Positions 45,417 to 49,600 of a stretch of 49,600 nt of DNA are shown here, in pieces. Each line of letters starts with the position of its first letter. The stretch's first letter is position 1. Made by a program: the position numbers and the translations under genes. The notes under the pieces are model-generated. The model searched no databases. It saw only the letters and a program-made list of their open reading frames with translations, and was not told the origin of the DNA. Origin of the DNA: Patescibacteria group bacterium (lineage in GTDB: Bacteria > Patescibacteriota > Minisyncoccia > Phycocordibacterales > UBA9973); NCBI GenBank assembly GCA_040384805.1, contig JAZKIP010000004.1:118954-168553 (forward strand). Direction: 5' to 3'.

Positions 45417-45659
45417 AATTATTCCTCAATTATATCACAAACTAGAGCAGGATGTTGCAGATAAAAAGAAGCAAAATCCCACAGAACGAAACGCGGCGCA
45501 AGAGAAATCAATTACCACTAGAAAAAGTTCCCTGATCTTTTTGCGGAAGCAGATTAAATGGGCTTTTTCTGATCACAATTGATTCTTATGAAGGAGATAG
45601 GTAGCGGGTGATTGTTTGTGCGACTTCTACTTGCGGGAGACCCTGCGCCAGTATATAAT

Positions 45660-46499
45660 GGACACATCAAAGACATGAAATTAGTCTCCTTAATTAAAAA
45701 AGACACCCATGAAAAACCAAAAGGACATAGAAAAGACAGGAATGGAAAGGCAAGACACTGTCCGCAAGGATAGCCAAAAATCATTACTTAATAAGACTTC
45801 GTCTGAATTTATAAACAAAAAGACAGAAAAATTGGTGACGGCTTTATATATGATCACTGATTGCATGGATTCCGGCGATGCGCTAAAGGGGAAGCTAAGA
45901 GGGCTCGGTGTTGATGTCCTTTCGGACATGCACAGGCTTCCTATCCTTTTGCCTGTCGAGAGGCATGTGTGCATCACAGGGGCTCTTTCCCGCATCGGGG
46001 AGATTCTAGCGTTGACGGGGATCGCCCAGACGATCGGATTCGTGTCAGAGATGAACGGCGCTATTCTTAAAAAAGAGTTCGGCTTTTTGGTTGCGGAGCT
46101 TCATTCATATCAGTCAGAGAGTGCGGCCTCACCTTTTGAGGATGTTCTCTTTGAGAATAAGAAAAATCCCTCCTTTACTCTGACCGAAGATATGTTCGCT
46201 GTTGATGGCCGAAGCGAAGGGAAGGGAGAGAGCCCATTTTTGAAAAGCGCGAAAGACAAAAGGACAAAATATAATATGTCCTTTATGACTCCTCCTTCGC
46301 ATCTTCTCTCTCCTATCTCTACCAAAAGTTTGTCTTCGCCTCATGTAAATGTCATAGATAAAAAAGAAAGAATCGATAAAATCGTGTCTCTTATAAAAGA
46401 CAAAAAAGAAGTTTCTATAAAGGACATCTCGGGAGCATTCCTTAATTGCTCGGAGAAGACGATCCAACGCGAATTGAACTCATTGGTTTCCAAAGGACA
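45660..46499. repeat. Dense array of RGACA/TGTCY motifs over the promoter and CDS of the wHTH gene
   Basis: About 18 copies counted by eye, including the inverted pair AAAGGACA-N10-TGTCCTTT (46259-84). Confidence 0.55.
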
Positions 46500-46548
46500 G
46501 ATCAAGAAGAGCGGGGCTAAGCGGTGGAGCAGATATTCAATAGCCTAA
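45709..46548 (+). CDS. Protein with N-terminal helical domain and C-terminal DeoR-like winged HTH
   Basis: VSIKDIS...SEKTIQRELNSLVSKGQIKKSGAKRWSRY. Confidence 0.8.
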   Translation: MKNQKDIEKTGMERQDTVRKDSQKSLLNKTSSEFINKKTEKLVTALYMITDCMDSGDALKGKLRGLGVDVLSDMHRLPILLPVERHVCITGALSRIGEILALTGIAQTIGFVSEMNGAILKKEFGFLVAELHSYQSESAASPFEDVLFENKKNPSFTLTEDMFAVDGRSEGKGESPFLKSAKDKRTKYNMSFMTPPSHLLSPISTKSLSSPHVNVIDKKERIDKIVSLIKDKKEVSIKDISGAFLNCSEKTIQRELNSLVSKGQIKKSGAKRWSRYSIA

Positions 46549-47278
46549 ATGCAATAAATGAATTTTGCCTGAAGCGACCGACCCCAGTGGTCTTTACCCT
46601 CATGGTCAGTCCTACGTATTTCCTCCTTTACTTATCCCCATAGATATATCTATAGTATTGCCTATTATTATTCCTTTGATATATAATGCTAAAGCATATT
46701 ATCGTACTGGCGATTTTTCGCTTCATATGGTACTATGTAATTGTGTTATCTGGCGGAAACGCGTGATAGCATAAACGATCATTGAAAATACAATACCGTG
46801 CATCTTTGATACCGATTGATTCACGGCGTGAGGTTCTGTATGAGTCGTATGTATTTATTTACATGCTTTCTATGGAATCGAACTTATGTTTTATTTTCTC
46901 GTATGGTCGCGCATCCGTTTCGTTTTTTCTTTTGATAGAGGAGAATTTCGAAATGCGATATCGGCCCTGTCGACAAGGCAGATATGTTTATCTCATCAGA
47001 AATGGTGACATAAGCAGTTCATGGTAGGTTTCTCTCTTGTAAATAATTTCGCGTGCTCGTGCTCTCATGATTTTTCTTCGCCTCGATAGAGGGGCGATCG
47101 CAAAAATAGGAAGCATGGGCAGAAAAGATTATTGAAAGAAAACGTTGATTAATAATTGATAGAGATTATTAAAAGACAATCGCATGCACACACATTGGTT
47201 TTTTTCCCGAGGGCATAATCTTATTAGTCGCTCTCCGGAATTAGTCGAAGCTAATATAAACGTGCATAAGAATTAATT

Positions 47279-49498
47279 ATGTTAAAAATCAAATCAAAAG
47301 CTCTTTTGGCTTTCACTGGTTTAATGGTTGCATTGTTCATGCTTGCTGGTGCAAATTTTGCATCTGCTGATGTGATCACCCTTCCATCTTCTGGTGTTTC
47401 AAAAACGAGTGGTATGGAAAACATCCAGAACCTTCAGCTCTTCTTGAACTGGAATCTTGGTGCTCAGATCACTCCTCTTGTCGTAGACGGCAAGTACGGC
47501 GCAAAGACGACTGCAGCTATCAAACTCTTCCAGGCAAACAATGGCTTGGTTGCTGATGGTATCTTCGGACGCATGAGCGCTGCCAAGGCAATGGCCCTTC
47601 AGGTCAATGCTACTGGCGTAGTCTACCCAGCAGGTTGTGCATCAAACACAGGCTACAGTTCAACGACTGGCTGGCCATGTGCAGGTATGGCACTTCCAGC
47701 AGGTTGTACATCAACTGTAGGATTTAGTTCAACAACAGGCGTGCCTTGCGGTACTCCAGTTGGAACAACTCTTCCAGCAGGTTGTGCATCAGCTGCAGGT
47801 TTCAGCACAACGACAGGTGCACCATGTACAGCAACAACAACTGTTAGCGGCACAAATGGTTACCTAGCTGATATCTCAACTGATTCTACAAATCGTGTTT
47901 CAACAGTTTACGAATCTGAAATGGATAAAGTCGTTGCCGGCTTCCGCGCAACAGCTCGCCTTTCATCTCAGACTGTTGATCGTGTTCGCGTTACAATGTG
48001 TAACGACACGGACGGTGTTACAACAAACGGTGTTTGTTCAAACACAACATCTTCATCAAACAACCTTAGCAAATACATAAGCAGTGCTTCTCTATGGTAC
48101 GGTTCTACAAAGATCGCTACTATGGCAGTCGCACAGGCTGATCGTGGTACATCAAACGATGTATACACATTCAACTTCTCTGGTCTTAACGCTGTAATCG
48201 CGAAGGATCAGATTGGTCGCTTCTATGTTTCTGTAAGCGCAAACGGTTCAATTGATACAAACGATGGTACTGCTAAATGGGTAACTACATTCCCAGCTGG
48301 CGGCATCAGCGCAACATCTCCGGATGGTTCATCTGACACATATCCATCAAACGATATCTCTCAGGCTAGCCTTACATTCGGAAAGTTCTCAACAAGCGGC
48401 GTTAAGGCAGAAATAAATCTTTCTGCTAACAACCCTGCTGCGAGCGTTGTTACTGTGCAAAGCACGACTGCAACAAATAACATCAACCTTCTTAAGTTCA
48501 CAATCAAAGCGACAAATTCTGATTTGACGCTTCGAAAGGTTCCTGTCAAGATTGCTGTTAATGATGGTTCAACAGTTGCTGATGACGTTACAAACGTTAT
48601 CAACACTTTGAAGCTTTACCGCGGTACAGACGTTGTTGACTCAGTTGACGGTTCAGCTGGATACCAGTCTGTATCAGGCAGCCTTTCAACAACAACAGCA
48701 GCTTGTGTTAACTCAACCGCTGACGTAGATGACACATGTACATTCTTCTTCTCAAACTTGTCAAACCCTGCAAACTTCATTGCAGCAGGAACGACAGCTG
48801 AGTTTACAGTTGTTGCTGACCTTAAACAGGTTAGTACAAACTATGCAGAAGGTGTTACAGTTACAGCATCTCTTGATAGCGCTGATCTTATCCGTTCTTC
48901 TGCTTTCTCTGTTCAGGACACAAATGGTGACCAGTTGTCAGACAACAACACATCAGTTCGTGTCGGTTCAGCGATCGGTCAGGTTATGACGCTTCGCGTT
49001 AACGGCGTACAGGTTGTCATGGGTACACCAAGCTACACAATGGTTACAGACAATGGTGATGTGACTCAGGTTACATACACTATCCCAGTAACTGCTACTG
49101 CATTCGGCCAGACACTCTACATTGGTCAGTCAGTTGTACTTGGCGATACTGCAGGTGGTACAGGTGCAAGTGCTAATGCGTTCTCATACTCATTTGAGAA
49201 CTCAACTTCACCTTCAGCACACATCAACTCATGTACAAACTGTGTTACAACACTTTCATCGTCTGATGCTTTGATTGAAGGAAACGGTTACCGTCTTGAT
49301 AGTGGAACTGCTAAGCACTTCACTATCACGGTAGTTGAAATCCAGCCTACAACTGGCACAGCTTCATATCGTGTTGTTTTGAACCAGATCCGTACTGACG
49401 TTGAGAGTACTCTTGAAAACGTCACGACTCCTCTTGTCAACCAAGAGCTTGAGCCGGAACAGAACTACCAGACTGGCTTCCAGTACATCACTGGTTAA
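47279..49498 (+). CDS. Major surface (S-layer-like) protein with a peptidoglycan-binding domain
   Basis: Signal peptide; PG_binding_1-like LQLFLN..VDGKYGAKTTAAIKLFQ..ADGIFG; Thr/Ser/Val-rich beta domains; strong ACA/GTT/GGT/TCA codon bias. Confidence 0.8.
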   Translation: MLKIKSKALLAFTGLMVALFMLAGANFASADVITLPSSGVSKTSGMENIQNLQLFLNWNLGAQITPLVVDGKYGAKTTAAIKLFQANNGLVADGIFGRMSAAKAMALQVNATGVVYPAGCASNTGYSSTTGWPCAGMALPAGCTSTVGFSSTTGVPCGTPVGTTLPAGCASAAGFSTTTGAPCTATTTVSGTNGYLADISTDSTNRVSTVYESEMDKVVAGFRATARLSSQTVDRVRVTMCNDTDGVTTNGVCSNTTSSSNNLSKYISSASLWYGSTKIATMAVAQADRGTSNDVYTFNFSGLNAVIAKDQIGRFYVSVSANGSIDTNDGTAKWVTTFPAGGISATSPDGSSDTYPSNDISQASLTFGKFSTSGVKAEINLSANNPAASVVTVQSTTATNNINLLKFTIKATNSDLTLRKVPVKIAVNDGSTVADDVTNVINTLKLYRGTDVVDSVDGSAGYQSVSGSLSTTTAACVNSTADVDDTCTFFFSNLSNPANFIAAGTTAEFTVVADLKQVSTNYAEGVTVTASLDSADLIRSSAFSVQDTNGDQLSDNNTSVRVGSAIGQVMTLRVNGVQVVMGTPSYTMVTDNGDVTQVTYTIPVTATAFGQTLYIGQSVVLGDTAGGTGASANAFSYSFENSTSPSAHINSCTNCVTTLSSSDALIEGNGYRLDSGTAKHFTITVVEIQPTTGTASYRVVLNQIRTDVESTLENVTTPLVNQELEPEQNYQTGFQYITG
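47624..47827 (+). repeat. Three tandem Cys-bounded peptide repeats (xPAGC...G(F/Y)SxTTGxPC)
   Basis: YPAGCASNTGYSSTTGWPC / LPAGCTSTVGFSSTTGVPC / LPAGCASAAGFSTTTGAPC; DNA ccagcaggttgt occurs three times. Confidence 0.85.
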
Positions 49499-49546
49499 TA
49501 GTCTTGTTGTTTTGAACTCTAGTTTTCTTGTCTACTAGTTAGTCAA

Positions 49547-49600
49547 GAAACTGGTTAACAAAAAACCACCCGTACGGGTGGTTTTTTGTTAACCAGTTTC
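49547..49600. terminator. Perfect palindrome / terminator running to the window end
   Basis: gaaactggttaacaaaaaaccacccgt|acgggtggttttttgttaaccagtttc. Confidence 0.7.

Noticed and set aside
46565-47027. ORFs 46565-46774 and 46782-47027 as genes
   Set aside because: Non-ATG starts, atypical composition and no motifs; the region is better explained as non-coding.

Overview
This is a compact bacterial chromosome segment, inferred to be Patescibacteria/CPR (Parcubacteria-like). The grounds are rplK without rplA, a split ComEC, a divergent EF-P loop, CPR-type Cys-rich paralogs and scarce Shine-Dalgarno sites. Core genes are mscL, nrdAB (class Ic signature), tpiA-pgk, recJ-rnhA, two comEC halves, rpmB, rpsL-rpsG-fusA, secE-nusG-rplK, efp, recA and ftsK. 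It also encodes a MacAB-like ABC system and two large surface proteins. No rRNA, tRNA or CRISPR array was seen. The main unexplained structures are: (1) an ATCCCGTTAGA...TCTAACGGGAT element family (one copy carrying a frameshifted GIY-YIG nuclease) whose three copies all sit just before start codons; (2) a dense, partly helically phased RGACA/TGTCY motif array across a wHTH gene next to ftsK; (3) three ~570-580 aa Cys-rich paralogs around nrdAB, one preceded by a fossil N-terminus; (4) tiny GC-rich palindromes, one inserted in frame in a SOD gene; (5) a RAYT with two REPINs; (6) a YhhQ + CofE-like + ATP-grasp cluster; and (7) a recurrent leaderless-promoter architecture. All calls were made by eye from motifs, with no database searches.
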